Shown: piece by piece, positions 1 to 10,416 of the stretch | Numbering within the stretch: the first letter of the stretch is position 1 | How the letters are laid out: each line of letters starts with the position of its first letter | Made by a program: the position numbers and the translations under genes | From: Bacteriovoracaceae bacterium | Lineage (GTDB): Bacteria; Bdellovibrionota; Bacteriovoracia; Bacteriovoracales; Bacteriovoracaceae | Reading direction: 5' to 3' | Assembly: GCA_041586955.1 (NCBI GenBank) | Contig: JBFGZE010000010.1 | Span: 1-59,846 of the forward strand | DNA: 59,846 nt | Notes under the pieces: model-generated | The model's database searches: none | The model's input: only the letters and a program-made list of their open reading frames with translations | Told to the model about the DNA's origin: nothing

Positions 1-28
1 CGACACCCACCCTTTCCCTTGGTTATGC

Positions 29-520
29 TTAAGTCAAACGCTTAAATTCCACTAAATTCCAGGCGGGGGCCTTGCCCAGAGAGGAAAAACTTTGGCGTCT
101 CATCTCTTGCCATTGACCCCAATCGACTTCAGGAAAAAAAGTATCCGCTGGGCCTTCGTAATCTACAAAAGACAAGATCAACTCACTCGCCATAGGAAGA
201 CATTGGCGGTAAATTTCACCACCTCCGGCAATAAAAACTTTTTGCGCTTTCATTTTATGAGCAAGGGCGATTGCTTCATCGATAGAGGAAACGATAAAGC
301 AATCCTCATGATCAAAAACAAAAGAGCGAGATAAAATAATTGTTTTACGCCCTGGTAATGGTTTTCCTATGGATTCAAAAGTTTTCCGGCCCATAATAAG
401 GACATGCCCCATGGTGGTTTCTTTGAAGTGGCGAAAATCTTCTTTGATGTGCCAAAGCATTTTATTATCTAGCCCCAGCTCACCATTACGCCCCATGGCC
501 ACCACCATAGAGATTATCAT
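29..520 (-). CDS. folA: Dihydrofolate reductase
   Basis: [41 protein letters not shown] and DTFFP motifs; overlaps the thyA stop. Confidence 0.97.
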   Translation of the reverse strand: MIISMVVAMGRNGELGLDNKMLWHIKEDFRHFKETTMGHVLIMGRKTFESIGKPLPGRKTIILSRSFVFDHEDCFIVSSIDEAIALAHKMKAQKVFIAGGGEIYRQCLPMASELILSFVDYEGPADTFFPEVDWGQWQEMRRQSFSSLGKAPAWNLVEFKRLT

Positions 521-1311
521 ACGGCAACCTCACCCTTAATATGAGGATGAGCTTCATATTCGGTTAAGGTGAAATCATCAATGGTAAAAGAAAAGATGTC
601 TTTAACATCTGGGTTAATGGCCATTTTTGGGAGAGGAAAAGGTTTACGCTGTAATTGCTCTCGGGCCTGCTCAAGGTGATTAAGATAGAGATGAGCGTCA
701 CCAATAGTATGAATGAACTCCCCTGGCCTAAGCCCACAAACCTGGGCCATCATCATTGTTAAAAGAGAATAACTGGCAATATTAAAGGGAACGCCTAGAA
801 AAATATCGGCCGACCTTTGATAGAGCTGACAAGATAATTCACCATCCCGCACATAAAACTGGAAAAACGCATGACAAGGAGGTAGCGCCATTTGCGGCAG
901 ATCTCCAGGGTTCCACGCGGAAACGATCAAACGGCGTGAAAGCGGATTTGTTTTAATCTGCTCGACCACTTCACTAATCTGGTCAACCGTCTCACCGTTA
1001 CGCCCAGGCCAAGAGCGCCATTGATGGCCATAAACAGGGCCAAGGTTACCATCTTCATCGGCCCATTCATCCCATATACGAACTTTGTTTTCTTTAAGGT
1101 AAGCAATATTGGTATCCCCTTTAAGGAACCATAATAATTCATGAATAATGGACCGCAGATGGCATTTCTTCGTGGTCACCAAAGGAAACCCTTTGCGCAA
1201 ATCATACCGCGTCTGGTGACCAAAAACCGATAATGTGCCGGTTCCTGTACGATCTGCTCGCTCTTCGCCATTTAGTAAGACATGTTTCATTAAATCAAGA
1301 TATTGCTGCAA
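517..1311 (-). CDS. thyA: Thymidylate synthase
   Basis: [32 protein letters not shown]; a TTG start at 1311 after GGAGG gives a typical 264-aa length (the ORF track extends to 1371). Confidence 0.97.
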   Translation of the reverse strand: MQQYLDLMKHVLLNGEERADRTGTGTLSVFGHQTRYDLRKGFPLVTTKKCHLRSIIHELLWFLKGDTNIAYLKENKVRIWDEWADEDGNLGPVYGHQWRSWPGRNGETVDQISEVVEQIKTNPLSRRLIVSAWNPGDLPQMALPPCHAFFQFYVRDGELSCQLYQRSADIFLGVPFNIASYSLLTMMMAQVCGLRPGEFIHTIGDAHLYLNHLEQAREQLQRKPFPLPKMAINPDVKDIFSFTIDDFTLTEYEAHPHIKGEVAV

Positions 1312-1460
1312 GGAATCCTCCATGAAAAATTTGAAATATTCTACAATCGCTGCCACCCAATTCAAAGACAATATTCTTCAAAATTATTGACCAGTAGCGA
1401 TACACTGACGCCCAGGAATCTCCGAACCATCTCTCTTCGCACCTCATCCTGGCGCGTTAT

Positions 1461-3557
1461 TTGCACCATATTTTTATATTAATGAAAAAAAGGCCAAACA
1501 TTTTGGTTATCTGTGTATTTTTGAGACAGGTGGATATTATTATTAATTTTTTAAAAATACTTCTATTTATTAGTCTCGGTTTGGTCTCCATTGCCAAGGC
1601 CAATATTTGTCTTGAAAAAACCAATCGATTAATTACCGCTGAAGAAAACCTCAAAAATCAACGCCATATTACAATTAACAATATCTCTCGCAATTGGATC
1701 GAAGTAGGCAACGACTCGGTTGTTGCTCTTCGCAATGGAATTGAAGTCCAATCTGGCATTCATGAAATAATCAAAGCTGCCAAAAAAACGATTTACATTG
1801 AGGTTAATGGCCTTGGAAATAAGACAATTACGACATTATTAAGGGAGAAATCAAAAGCGGGGATTGATGTAAAAATATTAATGTCTGACATTAGAAATTA
1901 TTATATCGAAAAAGAGGTTAAGGAAGAGTATTTAACAACACTAGAAAATCTTAAAGCTGACGGCATCGAGATTCAGTTTCATCGTGAATATAGCTTAATT
2001 GGAAGCACTCAACTCTTTGGAGAGAATCATAAAAAAATCATCATCGTTGATGGTCAATATGGTTATATTGGTACCTCAAATATTCGACAGTATTTTAATA
2101 ATTATGATCACGGCCTAATATTAAAGGGCGATTATGTTAAAAAGTTTTCAAATGCATTCGCAAGAGATTATTATCAAGCAACAGCAAGGTATATGAGATT
2201 AAAAAGCTCTCAATCAAACGATGCCTTTCTATTATTTTCCGCCAAAAAGTTAAAGAGAAAATTAATCGAAAAGATTAAAACGGCCAAAGAATCTATTGTT
2301 CTAGTAGCTTACAATCTTCAAAGTAAAGACGTAATTGGCGCTCTCATTGATCAAAAATTAAAATACCCTGAATTAAGTGTAAAGGTTTTATTAGGTCCCT
2401 CACAAAGTAACTTCACTTTATTGGGTTTTTTAAAATCATCGAGACCCATGAACCATGAAGCTTATAGGGCCTTAAAAGAGGTAGGCGCCATGGTACGCTG
2501 GGGAGGGCCTCATTTAAAGGAAAGTGGCTCGATTATTCACGCGAAAACAATCGTCATTGATAATAAATACGTTTTTAGTGGTAGCTCTGATTTTAATTCA
2601 AGGAGTTTTGAAGGCAATAAAGAATTAAGTTTTATGATTAATTCTCGCGAACTGGCGGATGAGTTTTCCAATTCTATCCTGAGCGAGTTTAAAAGGGGTC
2701 ATGATGAACTCGAGGTCTCACGGTATACACCTTTTAAAGAAAAAATTATAGATATCGCCGGAGAATCTGCCGCCTTTGTTCGTAATATTCTAAGCAGTGC
2801 TCCAAGTGATGATCCTATTAGCTCCATCGATAATATTCTTGATAAATCAAGGGTAATTGAAAAAATTAACAAAGATGGAAAAACTCAAAAGTACTATCCT
2901 GACAACCGTTTTTTTCGAGATATAAGTGATGGTAGCATTATTGAAGGATCTCATCGCTATGGTGGTATCCAACCTGATTATTATATTGACCTACATGAAG
3001 CACCAATAAGGAGTGTCCTTCAATTTGCGGAAAAAATTGGTCGAGACCCAAACATAGAAAACTTTACCAAAGTGAACATAATCTTAAAGCATATTCAAAA
3101 AAGTGTATTAACAGATAAAAACCCCAGGGGAGCACCCTACTTAGAAATGTTAGCAAAAAAGCTAAATAATGGAGAGCAAGTCTCAATATCAAATTATATT
3201 GAGAAACATATAGGCGTTTGTCGCGAGCATGCTATTCTCACCCACTTGGCCCTTAAAAAAGCGAATATAAAAAATTATTTTGCCTACGGAGTTCTTAAAA
3301 ACCGTTTTGGGGCCAGGTATGATCATGCTTTTGTCATTATTGATGATGGAGATGAGCAATGGCTTGTTGATTCTTACAACCCTTATCTCAATGGTCGCAG
3401 ACTAAAAGATGTCCTAAGGTCGTCTGGTTCTAAAATTGGAGACCCTATCGCTTCATTTGCCAGTCGCTTAGACTCAACATTAGGTAACTTAGGAGGCATT
3501 CAGGTTATTCCACTCAACTACCCAATCGTGTGGAAGCCGGCCCTGATTAAGAATTAA
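1461..3557 (+). CDS. Phospholipase D-family protein (two HKD motifs) fused to a C-terminal transglutaminase/papain-like domain; probably secreted
   Basis: HKKIIIVDG and HAKTIVID motifs; C-terminal GVCREHA...DHAFV...WLVD triad; hydrophobic N-terminal segment ending AKA; true start uncertain (1482 or 1530). Confidence 0.8.
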   Translation: MHHIFILMKKRPNILVICVFLRQVDIIINFLKILLFISLGLVSIAKANICLEKTNRLITAEENLKNQRHITINNISRNWIEVGNDSVVALRNGIEVQSGIHEIIKAAKKTIYIEVNGLGNKTITTLLREKSKAGIDVKILMSDIRNYYIEKEVKEEYLTTLENLKADGIEIQFHREYSLIGSTQLFGENHKKIIIVDGQYGYIGTSNIRQYFNNYDHGLILKGDYVKKFSNAFARDYYQATARYMRLKSSQSNDAFLLFSAKKLKRKLIEKIKTAKESIVLVAYNLQSKDVIGALIDQKLKYPELSVKVLLGPSQSNFTLLGFLKSSRPMNHEAYRALKEVGAMVRWGGPHLKESGSIIHAKTIVIDNKYVFSGSSDFNSRSFEGNKELSFMINSRELADEFSNSILSEFKRGHDELEVSRYTPFKEKIIDIAGESAAFVRNILSSAPSDDPISSIDNILDKSRVIEKINKDGKTQKYYPDNRFFRDISDGSIIEGSHRYGGIQPDYYIDLHEAPIRSVLQFAEKIGRDPNIENFTKVNIILKHIQKSVLTDKNPRGAPYLEMLAKKLNNGEQVSISNYIEKHIGVCREHAILTHLALKKANIKNYFAYGVLKNRFGARYDHAFVIIDDGDEQWLVDSYNPYLNGRRLKDVLRSSGSKIGDPIASFASRLDSTLGNLGGIQVIPLNYPIVWKPALIKN

Positions 3558-3569
3558 ACCCCATAACAA

Positions 3570-3932
3570 TTAGTCCTTAGCTTTGAAATCAAGAGAAATA
3601 GAATTGACACAATGGCGAGTGTTTTTAGCGGTAAAACCCTCTCCCTCAAAAACATGGCCAAGATGGCCGCCACAATTATTGCAAATAATTTCCATACGCC
3701 TGCCATCAGCATCAGGAACCCTTTTCACTTTCCCATTTATACTAGTATCAAAACTTGGCCACCCACAGCCAGAAGAGAATTTATCATCCGAAAGGTAAAG
3801 CTCTTCTTCGCATTGCTTACAAATATAAATTCCATTTTCTTGATGGTCATTAAATTGACCTGTAAAAGGAGTTTCAGTGCCCTTGTTAATAATGACACGC
3901 TTTTCCTCATCAGTTAGTTTTTTAAATGTCAT
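3570..3932 (-). CDS. msrB: Peptide methionine sulfoxide reductase B
   Basis: GTETPFTG, CKQC, SGCGWPSF, CNNCGGHLGHVF, RHCVNS. Confidence 0.97.
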   Translation of the reverse strand: MTFKKLTDEEKRVIINKGTETPFTGQFNDHQENGIYICKQCEEELYLSDDKFSSGCGWPSFDTSINGKVKRVPDADGRRMEIICNNCGGHLGHVFEGEGFTAKNTRHCVNSISLDFKAKD

Positions 3933-4207
3933 TTCCCCCCCTTCGATAAAAATGGTGTCTTTATTTTGATGAAGAGATCAAAATTTTAGCCCATACTTCT
4001 TTATATACAATTTTTCCATTTGTGCGGAAGATAATATTTGGAGAAAATATAGCAATGATCGAAGGAGCTGGCCTCTATTAAAGAGAAACTTGACTTCCAC
4101 TCTACTCTCATTGAATAAGAAATAGTCGTGAGCGGAATACTCTAGTATAACGCGTCTCATCTCAAAAAAGTATGGCATCCCCCCAAATTTTGGTTAAAAT
4201 ACTAACC

Positions 4208-5395
4208 ATGACTAAAGTACTAAATGGAATTGATCACTTTTTGCAAGAATCCCGATGGCAAGATGAATTAGAGGGCAATATAGGTCTTCTCACCCATCTC
4301 CCGGCGACAACGGCCCAAGGCCCATCGACTGCTTCCGCTCTCCATCAATTATTGGGTTCCCGCCTTATTAAGCTCTACGGACCCCAGCATGGCTTTGTCG
4401 TCGACGTTCAAGATAATATGGTGGAAACACAAGACTTCCTTCACCCTCATTTTAAAATTCCCGTTCACAGCCTCTATGGAGAAGTCCGCGTCCCCACTGA
4501 TGAGATGCTGGCGGGCGTTGATACTATAATGGTTGACCTCCTCGATGTGGGAACTCGCGTTTATACTTATATCTCAACGCTTTTTGGGTTAATGAAAAGA
4601 GCACAGGAATTAAGTAAAAAAATTATTATTCTCGACCGCCCTAACCCCATAGGCGGAGACCTCGTTGAGGGACAAATTCTTTCCCCTGATTATAAAAGCT
4701 TTGTGGGTATTGCCGAAATTCCTATGCGTCATGGCCTCACCATGGGTGAAATGGCGAAATATTTTAAAGAGATCCATAACCTTGATTGTGATCTTTGTAT
4801 TGTTCCGGTTCTTGGTTGGCAACGCTCCATGAGCTTTGACGATTATGGACAATTTTGGATGAACCCTTCGCCAAATCTTTCAACTCCCAATGGTGCTTAT
4901 TGCTTTCCAGGCACTGTCCTGTACGAAGGTACTAATATTTCAGAGGGGCGCGGCACAACCCGAGCGCTTGAAATGACAGGCTTTCCAGGTGTTTGCCCCT
5001 TCAAGATGGAACAGGCACTCCAAGCGTCTCTCAAAGAAACTGATCTCTCCGGTTTTATCTTACGCCCACACCTTTTTCACCCCACTTTTCAAAAGCATCA
5101 GGGTGAAACTTGTGGTGGTATTTTTATTGAAGTGCAAACTCCGCAGAGCACTAACGCCTGGCGCTTTGGCCAATGGCTCCTGCGTTTTTGGTATCAATAT
5201 TTGGGTGATGATTTTAAATGGAATGACAAACCCTACGAATATGAAGACCGCGCTTTAGCAATCGACTTTATCAATGGCGGTCCTGACTTGCGTCATTGGG
5301 TTGAGGAGCAAGGTAGCTTTAAAGACCTCATCAACATTGAGTCTCACGGTCTCAACGACTATAACGCAAAGAAAAAGAGCTGCCATCTCTATTAG
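4208..5395 (+). CDS. DUF1343 / NamZ-like exo-beta-N-acetylmuramidase
   Basis: GPQHGF, SLYG, DVGTRVYTY, LDRPNPIGG, RHGLTMGE, PSPNL and SEGRGTT family motifs; start placed at ATG 4208. Confidence 0.9.
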   Translation: MTKVLNGIDHFLQESRWQDELEGNIGLLTHLPATTAQGPSTASALHQLLGSRLIKLYGPQHGFVVDVQDNMVETQDFLHPHFKIPVHSLYGEVRVPTDEMLAGVDTIMVDLLDVGTRVYTYISTLFGLMKRAQELSKKIIILDRPNPIGGDLVEGQILSPDYKSFVGIAEIPMRHGLTMGEMAKYFKEIHNLDCDLCIVPVLGWQRSMSFDDYGQFWMNPSPNLSTPNGAYCFPGTVLYEGTNISEGRGTTRALEMTGFPGVCPFKMEQALQASLKETDLSGFILRPHLFHPTFQKHQGETCGGIFIEVQTPQSTNAWRFGQWLLRFWYQYLGDDFKWNDKPYEYEDRALAIDFINGGPDLRHWVEEQGSFKDLINIESHGLNDYNAKKKSCHLY

Positions 5396-5437
5396 CTCTT
5401 TTTCTTTCCCTCTCAATAGATTTTATCAAACCAATCC

Positions 5438-5466
5438 TTTACATATTTTCCCAGGCCGACCATAAT
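5438..5466 (+). promoter_or_regulatory. Putative sigma70 promoter of the liv operon
   Basis: TTTACA-N17-CATAAT about 46 nt upstream of the livK ATG. Confidence 0.55.
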
Positions 5467-5512
5467 AGTTAAGTTTTAAAGACGGAATTTAACTCATTAA
5501 GGAGAAATAAAG

Positions 5513-6715
5513 ATGACACTTAAAAATCTAAGTCTTCTTCTCATGGCCTTTAGTTTATCTTTTGGTTGTATGAAGAAAGAAGAAAAGAAGGTTACGACAG
5601 CTGAAACCCCTACCACCCAAGAAGCAGCCCCTGCAAAAGGTCTTGCCACAGATAAGATTGTTCTTGGTGCTATTTTCCCCATGACCGGGCCTATTGCGAC
5701 CTATGGGCAAGAATCAGTTAATGGCATGAATTTGGCCCTCGCTGAAATCAATAAGGCCGGCATTAACGGCAAGCAAATTGAACTTCGCGTAGAAGACAAT
5801 AAGGGTGAGCCAGTGGAGTCCGCCAACGCTGTTCGTAAGCTCATCGATATCGATAAAGTTCACGCCCTTATCGGTTCAGTGGCCTCTTCTAATACTTTAG
5901 CGGGTGCCCCAATCGCTCAAAGTGCAAAGGTTCCCATGATGACCCCGGCCTCAACCAATGAAAAAGTCACAGAAACTGGAGACTTCATTAGCCGTACCTG
6001 TTTTACAGATGCCTTCCAAGGTGTCGTTATGGCCAAGTTTGCTTTTGAATCATTACAAAAGAAAAGTGCTGTCATCATCGTTGATAACGCCTCTGATTAC
6101 TCTAAAGGTTTAGCAAAAGTCTTTCGCACAAAATATACTGAATTAGGCGGCAAGATCACAGGCTCCGATACCGACTATACCTATACTCAAAAAGACACGG
6201 ACTTCCGCTCTCTTTTAAGAAAAGTCAAAAGGGCCAATCCAAGTGTCATTTTCTTACCGGGTTATTACACAGAAGTTGGGCTTATTCTCAAACAAGCTCG
6301 CCAATTAGGTATCACAGCTCCTTTCCTTGGGGGAGACGGTTGGGACTCTCCTAAACTTCAAGAATTGGCCGGGCCAGAAGGCATCAAAGGGAATTATATT
6401 TCCTCTCACTTCTCCCCTGATGATCAAGATCCTAAAGTTCAAAAATTCGTGACTGAATACGTTAAGCAATATGGCCAGAAGCCAGGTGCTATGGCGGCCT
6501 TAGGTTATGATGGCCTTATGGTGATGGCGAATGCTTTCAAAAAGGCGCAAAACCTTGACCATAATAGTATCAACAATGCTATCGTTACAACTCAAAATTT
6601 CGAAGGGATAACAGGTTCAATTACGATTGACCCCAATAGAAATGCCAGAAAATCCGCTGTGGTTTTAGAGACAACTAAAGACGGCATGGTTTTCAAGCAA
6701 AAGGTTAACCCTTAA
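5513..6715 (+). CDS. livK: Branched-chain amino acid ABC transporter substrate-binding lipoprotein
   Basis: Lipobox SFGC; PMTGPIATYG, EDNKGEP, DFRSLL, LGGDGW; first gene of the liv operon (LivK/LivJ family). Confidence 0.92.
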   Translation: MTLKNLSLLLMAFSLSFGCMKKEEKKVTTAETPTTQEAAPAKGLATDKIVLGAIFPMTGPIATYGQESVNGMNLALAEINKAGINGKQIELRVEDNKGEPVESANAVRKLIDIDKVHALIGSVASSNTLAGAPIAQSAKVPMMTPASTNEKVTETGDFISRTCFTDAFQGVVMAKFAFESLQKKSAVIIVDNASDYSKGLAKVFRTKYTELGGKITGSDTDYTYTQKDTDFRSLLRKVKRANPSVIFLPGYYTEVGLILKQARQLGITAPFLGGDGWDSPKLQELAGPEGIKGNYISSHFSPDDQDPKVQKFVTEYVKQYGQKPGAMAALGYDGLMVMANAFKKAQNLDHNSINNAIVTTQNFEGITGSITIDPNRNARKSAVVLETTKDGMVFKQKVNP

Positions 6716-6733
6716 TCATTTATTATCATTGCC

Positions 6734-6765
6734 AAGAGAGGGTCTACTAGACCCTCTCTTTTTTT
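6734..6765 (+). terminator. Intra-operon hairpin with U-tract after livK
   Basis: AAGAGAGGGTCTA-C-TAGACCCTCTCTT followed by a T run. Confidence 0.8.
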
Positions 6766-6783
6766 ACGGAAGAAAGGCCATTT

Positions 6784-7683
6784 ATGAGCGAAGAACTCGT
6801 TTATTTTTTGTATGATTTTGCTACTTATCTCCTCAATGGAATCACCCAAGGCTCCATCTATGCCCTCGTTGCCCTTGGCTATACGATGGTTTACGGTATT
6901 ATTAAATTAATCAACTTCGCCCACGGCGAATTTTATATGATTGGTGCCTTTATTGGTTATTATACCATCATGGCCGGCGTCCCACTCTACCTGGCCTTCC
7001 CCTGCGCAATGCTTGGAGCTGGACTGATTGCTGTTATCATTGAGCGCCTGGTTTATCGCCCTATCCGCGGTGCAGGTCGTATCCCAGCACTCATTACGGC
7101 ACTGGGAACGAGTTTATTTTTTCAATATTTCGGTCAACGAGTGATTGGCGCTGACCCTAAGGCCTACCCTCAATCAATTGAAACCGTCACCTACCAATTT
7201 GGTGAACTCTATATTTCCAATGTCCAAATTATCATTATCGTCTCGACAATAATTCTCATGGCCTTTTTATGGTGGCTTGTGGGACATACAAAAATTGGAA
7301 AGGCCATGCGGGCCACGAGCCATAATATTAATACCGCTGAGTTAATGGGTATTAATACCAATAAGATTATCTCTTTTACTTTTTTCCTTGGTGCGGCCTT
7401 TGCCGGCGCCGCCGGAGTCTTGGTGGGGATGTATTATAATACTGCCGAGCCGATGATGGGGCTAATTCCTGGGCTTAAAGCTTTTGTCGCTGCTGTTCTT
7501 GGCGGCATTGGTATCATCCCTGGCGCAGTTCTTGGTGGCCTGGTTCTGGGAGTTGCCGAAAATTTAGTTGTTGGATTCTGGGTTTCCACCTACAGAGATG
7601 CTATCGCCTTTGGTATCTTAATTTTGATTTTATTATTTAAACCGGCGGGCCTTTTAGGTAAAAATAGCAAGGAAAAGGTTTAA
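6784..7683 (+). CDS. livH: BCAA ABC transporter permease
   Basis: ALVALGYTMVYGIIKLINFAHGE, GKAMRA, GLKAFVAAVLGGIG. Confidence 0.95.
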   Translation: MSEELVYFLYDFATYLLNGITQGSIYALVALGYTMVYGIIKLINFAHGEFYMIGAFIGYYTIMAGVPLYLAFPCAMLGAGLIAVIIERLVYRPIRGAGRIPALITALGTSLFFQYFGQRVIGADPKAYPQSIETVTYQFGELYISNVQIIIIVSTIILMAFLWWLVGHTKIGKAMRATSHNINTAELMGINTNKIISFTFFLGAAFAGAAGVLVGMYYNTAEPMMGLIPGLKAFVAAVLGGIGIIPGAVLGGLVLGVAENLVVGFWVSTYRDAIAFGILILILLFKPAGLLGKNSKEKV

Positions 7684-7685
7684 TC

Positions 7686-8567
7686 ATGGATTATGTTTCT
7701 CATTTGGCCCTTATGTCGGGCATCTTCATTATTCTCGCTGTTAGTCTCAACTTGATTAATGGTATCTGCGGCCAGTTTTCATTGGGCCATGCTGGTTTTT
7801 GGGCGGTTGGAGCATATACCGGTGCCGCTTTTAGCGTCTTTGCTCCCCTCCCTGTACCAGATTTTATCAATTTATTTATTTCCTGTGGTATCGGCTTTAC
7901 CACTGCGGCCATCGCCGGCCTTCTCATCGGAGTTCCCTGCTTGCGCTTACGAGGGGATTATCTGGCCATCGCGACATTAGGTTTTGGTGAGATTATCCGC
8001 ATCGTCATCATGAATATGGATGTCGTTGGTGGCCCTCGAGGTTTTACCAATATTCCTAAATGGTCTAACCTTTTCTGGGTTTATCTATGGGTCGTTATCA
8101 CCATTGTCATTACCGTAAACCTACTAAGGGGAACCCATGGGCGAGCGATTATTAGTATTCGCGAAGACGAATTGGCCGCGGAAAGTATGGGTATTTACAC
8201 CACCCGATATAAAACCCTCGCTTTTGTCTTGGCCGCAGGTCTCGCCGGAGTCGCCGGCAGTTTATTTGCCCACGCCCAACAATTTATCCACCCCCTAGGA
8301 TTTAACTTCATGTGGTCAGTCATTATCCTCTTAATGATTATTCTTGGTGGACTAGGATCAATTACCGGAAGTGTCGTAGGGGCCATTGTACTCACGATAT
8401 TACCTGAACTCTTACGCTTTTTTGGCGAAACAGTTTCTCAATGGCGAATGGTCATCTATTCGCTTCTTCTTATTTGTCTTATGCTATGGCGACCGATGGG
8501 CATTTTTGGCAAACATGAGCTCAATATTTCCCGTCTCTTTGGCCGTAAAAAGGAGTCACAACCATGA
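7686..8567 (+). CDS. livM: BCAA ABC transporter permease
   Basis: GQFSLGHAGF, LRLRGDYLAIATLGFGEI, IREDELAAESMG. Confidence 0.95.
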   Translation: MDYVSHLALMSGIFIILAVSLNLINGICGQFSLGHAGFWAVGAYTGAAFSVFAPLPVPDFINLFISCGIGFTTAAIAGLLIGVPCLRLRGDYLAIATLGFGEIIRIVIMNMDVVGGPRGFTNIPKWSNLFWVYLWVVITIVITVNLLRGTHGRAIISIREDELAAESMGIYTTRYKTLAFVLAAGLAGVAGSLFAHAQQFIHPLGFNFMWSVIILLMIILGGLGSITGSVVGAIVLTILPELLRFFGETVSQWRMVIYSLLLICLMLWRPMGIFGKHELNISRLFGRKKESQP

Positions 8568-9340
8568 ATGCTCCCATAATAGAGATTAAAAATCTAACAA
8601 TGCGCTTTGGTGGCCTCGTCGCTGTTAATCAATTTAATCTGACACTAGGAAACACCGACCTTGTCGGTGTCATAGGGCCCAATGGCGCGGGGAAAACCAC
8701 TATTTTTAATATGGTGACCGGTCATTATGTTCCTACTGAAGGCGATATTTTTTTAAAAGGCCAATCTCTAAAGGGCATGCGCCCGGCGATGGTAACCCAA
8801 CAAGGAATTGCACGGACATTTCAAAACATTCGCCTATTTAAAGACCTAACAGTTCTCGATAATATTCGTCTGGGTGGCCACTTTCGTGTCGATTATGGCC
8901 TCTTCGCTAATATCTTCCGCACGAAAAAATACCATGAAGAAGAAGCAAAACTCACTCAATCAGGAATGGAGTTATTAAAGATTTTTGGGCTTGAAGCGAA
9001 GGCCCATCATCTGGCGAAAAACCTTCCCTACGGCCAACAAAGGCGTTTAGAAATTGCCCGCGCCCTAGCGACCAAACCGAGGGTATTACTGCTAGATGAA
9101 CCCGCAGCGGGTATGAATCCCACGGAAACAGCTGAACTAACGAAACTCATCCGCTGGGTTCGCGATGAATTTAAAATTGCCGTTCTACTAATCGAGCACG
9201 ATATGAAATTAGTAATGGATGTTTGTGAACACATTTATGTCGTTGATCATGGAGAATTGATCGCACAAGGTGTTCCTGCCGAAATCCAGGCCAACCCTAA
9301 AGTGATCGAGGCCTATTTAGGCACCCAAGAAGAGGCGTAA
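8564..9340 (+). CDS. livG: BCAA ABC transporter ATP-binding subunit
   Basis: GPNGAGKTT, RTFQNIRLF, LPYGQQRRLEIARALA, LLDEPAAG. Confidence 0.96.
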   Translation: MNAPIIEIKNLTMRFGGLVAVNQFNLTLGNTDLVGVIGPNGAGKTTIFNMVTGHYVPTEGDIFLKGQSLKGMRPAMVTQQGIARTFQNIRLFKDLTVLDNIRLGGHFRVDYGLFANIFRTKKYHEEEAKLTQSGMELLKIFGLEAKAHHLAKNLPYGQQRRLEIARALATKPRVLLLDEPAAGMNPTETAELTKLIRWVRDEFKIAVLLIEHDMKLVMDVCEHIYVVDHGELIAQGVPAEIQANPKVIEAYLGTQEEA

Positions 9341-9341
9341 T

Positions 9342-10061
9342 ATGACTGACCAAGCTTTACTTAGCATACAAGATATCCATGTTCACTACGGTGCGATTCA
9401 TGCCATTCACGGCATTAACCTAGAGGTCCACCAAGGCGAAATTGTCACGATTTTAGGTGCCAATGGAGCGGGTAAAACCACGACTCTCCAGGCGATCTCT
9501 GGTTTGATTCCCATTAGTCATGGCAACATTAATTTTCAAGGCAGGCCAATCCACAAATTAAAGGCCCATCAGATTGTCGCGAGAGGCATTGTCCAATCTC
9601 CTGAAGGTCGCCAGGTATTCCCTGACTTAACAGTTGGTGAAAACTTAGAAATGGGGGCCTATTTGCGCAAAGACAAAGCACAAATGAAAAAGGATCTCGA
9701 TTTTATGGTGGAATTATTTCCTAAATTACACCAAAGGCGCAAACAATTAGCGGGAACCCTATCTGGGGGTGAACAACAAATGCTGGCCATCGGTCGCGCC
9801 TATATGGGCCGTCCAAAAATTCTTCTTTTAGACGAGCCGTCACTAGGCATCGCTCCTATTTTAGTGCAAAATATATTTCAAGCGATTCAAGAGATTAACC
9901 GACAGGGCATGACTATTTTATTGGTTGAACAAAATGCCTTCGCCGCCTTAAAAATCGCGGACCGTGGTTATGTTTTAACCACCGGTAATATTGGACTTCA
10001 AGGAACTGGCCACGATCTATTGGCCAATGAAGAAATTCAAAAGGCCTATTTAGGTCATTAG
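9342..10061 (+). CDS. livF: BCAA ABC transporter ATP-binding subunit
   Basis: GANGAGKTT, PEGRQVF, LSGGEQQMLAIGRA, LDEPSLG. Confidence 0.96.
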   Translation: MTDQALLSIQDIHVHYGAIHAIHGINLEVHQGEIVTILGANGAGKTTTLQAISGLIPISHGNINFQGRPIHKLKAHQIVARGIVQSPEGRQVFPDLTVGENLEMGAYLRKDKAQMKKDLDFMVELFPKLHQRRKQLAGTLSGGEQQMLAIGRAYMGRPKILLLDEPSLGIAPILVQNIFQAIQEINRQGMTILLVEQNAFAALKIADRGYVLTTGNIGLQGTGHDLLANEEIQKAYLGH

Positions 10062-10070
10062 GAGTGAATA

Positions 10071-10283
10071 ATGAGTGAATTAATGAATTTAGACCAGGCC
10101 ATTGAATTATTAAAAAAGACCGTTAAAGATAGCCATTTAAAGTCCCAAAAGCATATCGACCTCACTCTCGTGGATGCCAAGGAGCGTATTCATTATGAAG
10201 AGGCCCTGATGGTAGCGAAGGCCCATGTCGCCCAAGGCAAGCTCACCCAAGCTCAACTCAACGAGCGCCTAGGACTTATTTAA
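10071..10283 (+). CDS. Small hypothetical protein
   Basis: AGGAG RBS; directly follows livF; 70 aa with helical character. Confidence 0.75.
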   Translation: MSELMNLDQAIELLKKTVKDSHLKSQKHIDLTLVDAKERIHYEEALMVAKAHVAQGKLTQAQLNERLGLI

Positions 10284-10416
10284 TTTGCATTGTCCCATAA
10301 AAAGCATGGGGTAGTATCTTAAAAGCACATAATATTCCAAATGACATACTATAGGTTGTCACAGTTTTAGTCTTAAATATTTTTAAACGAACGGTGGGAC
10401 AAATGGGAGTATTAAA

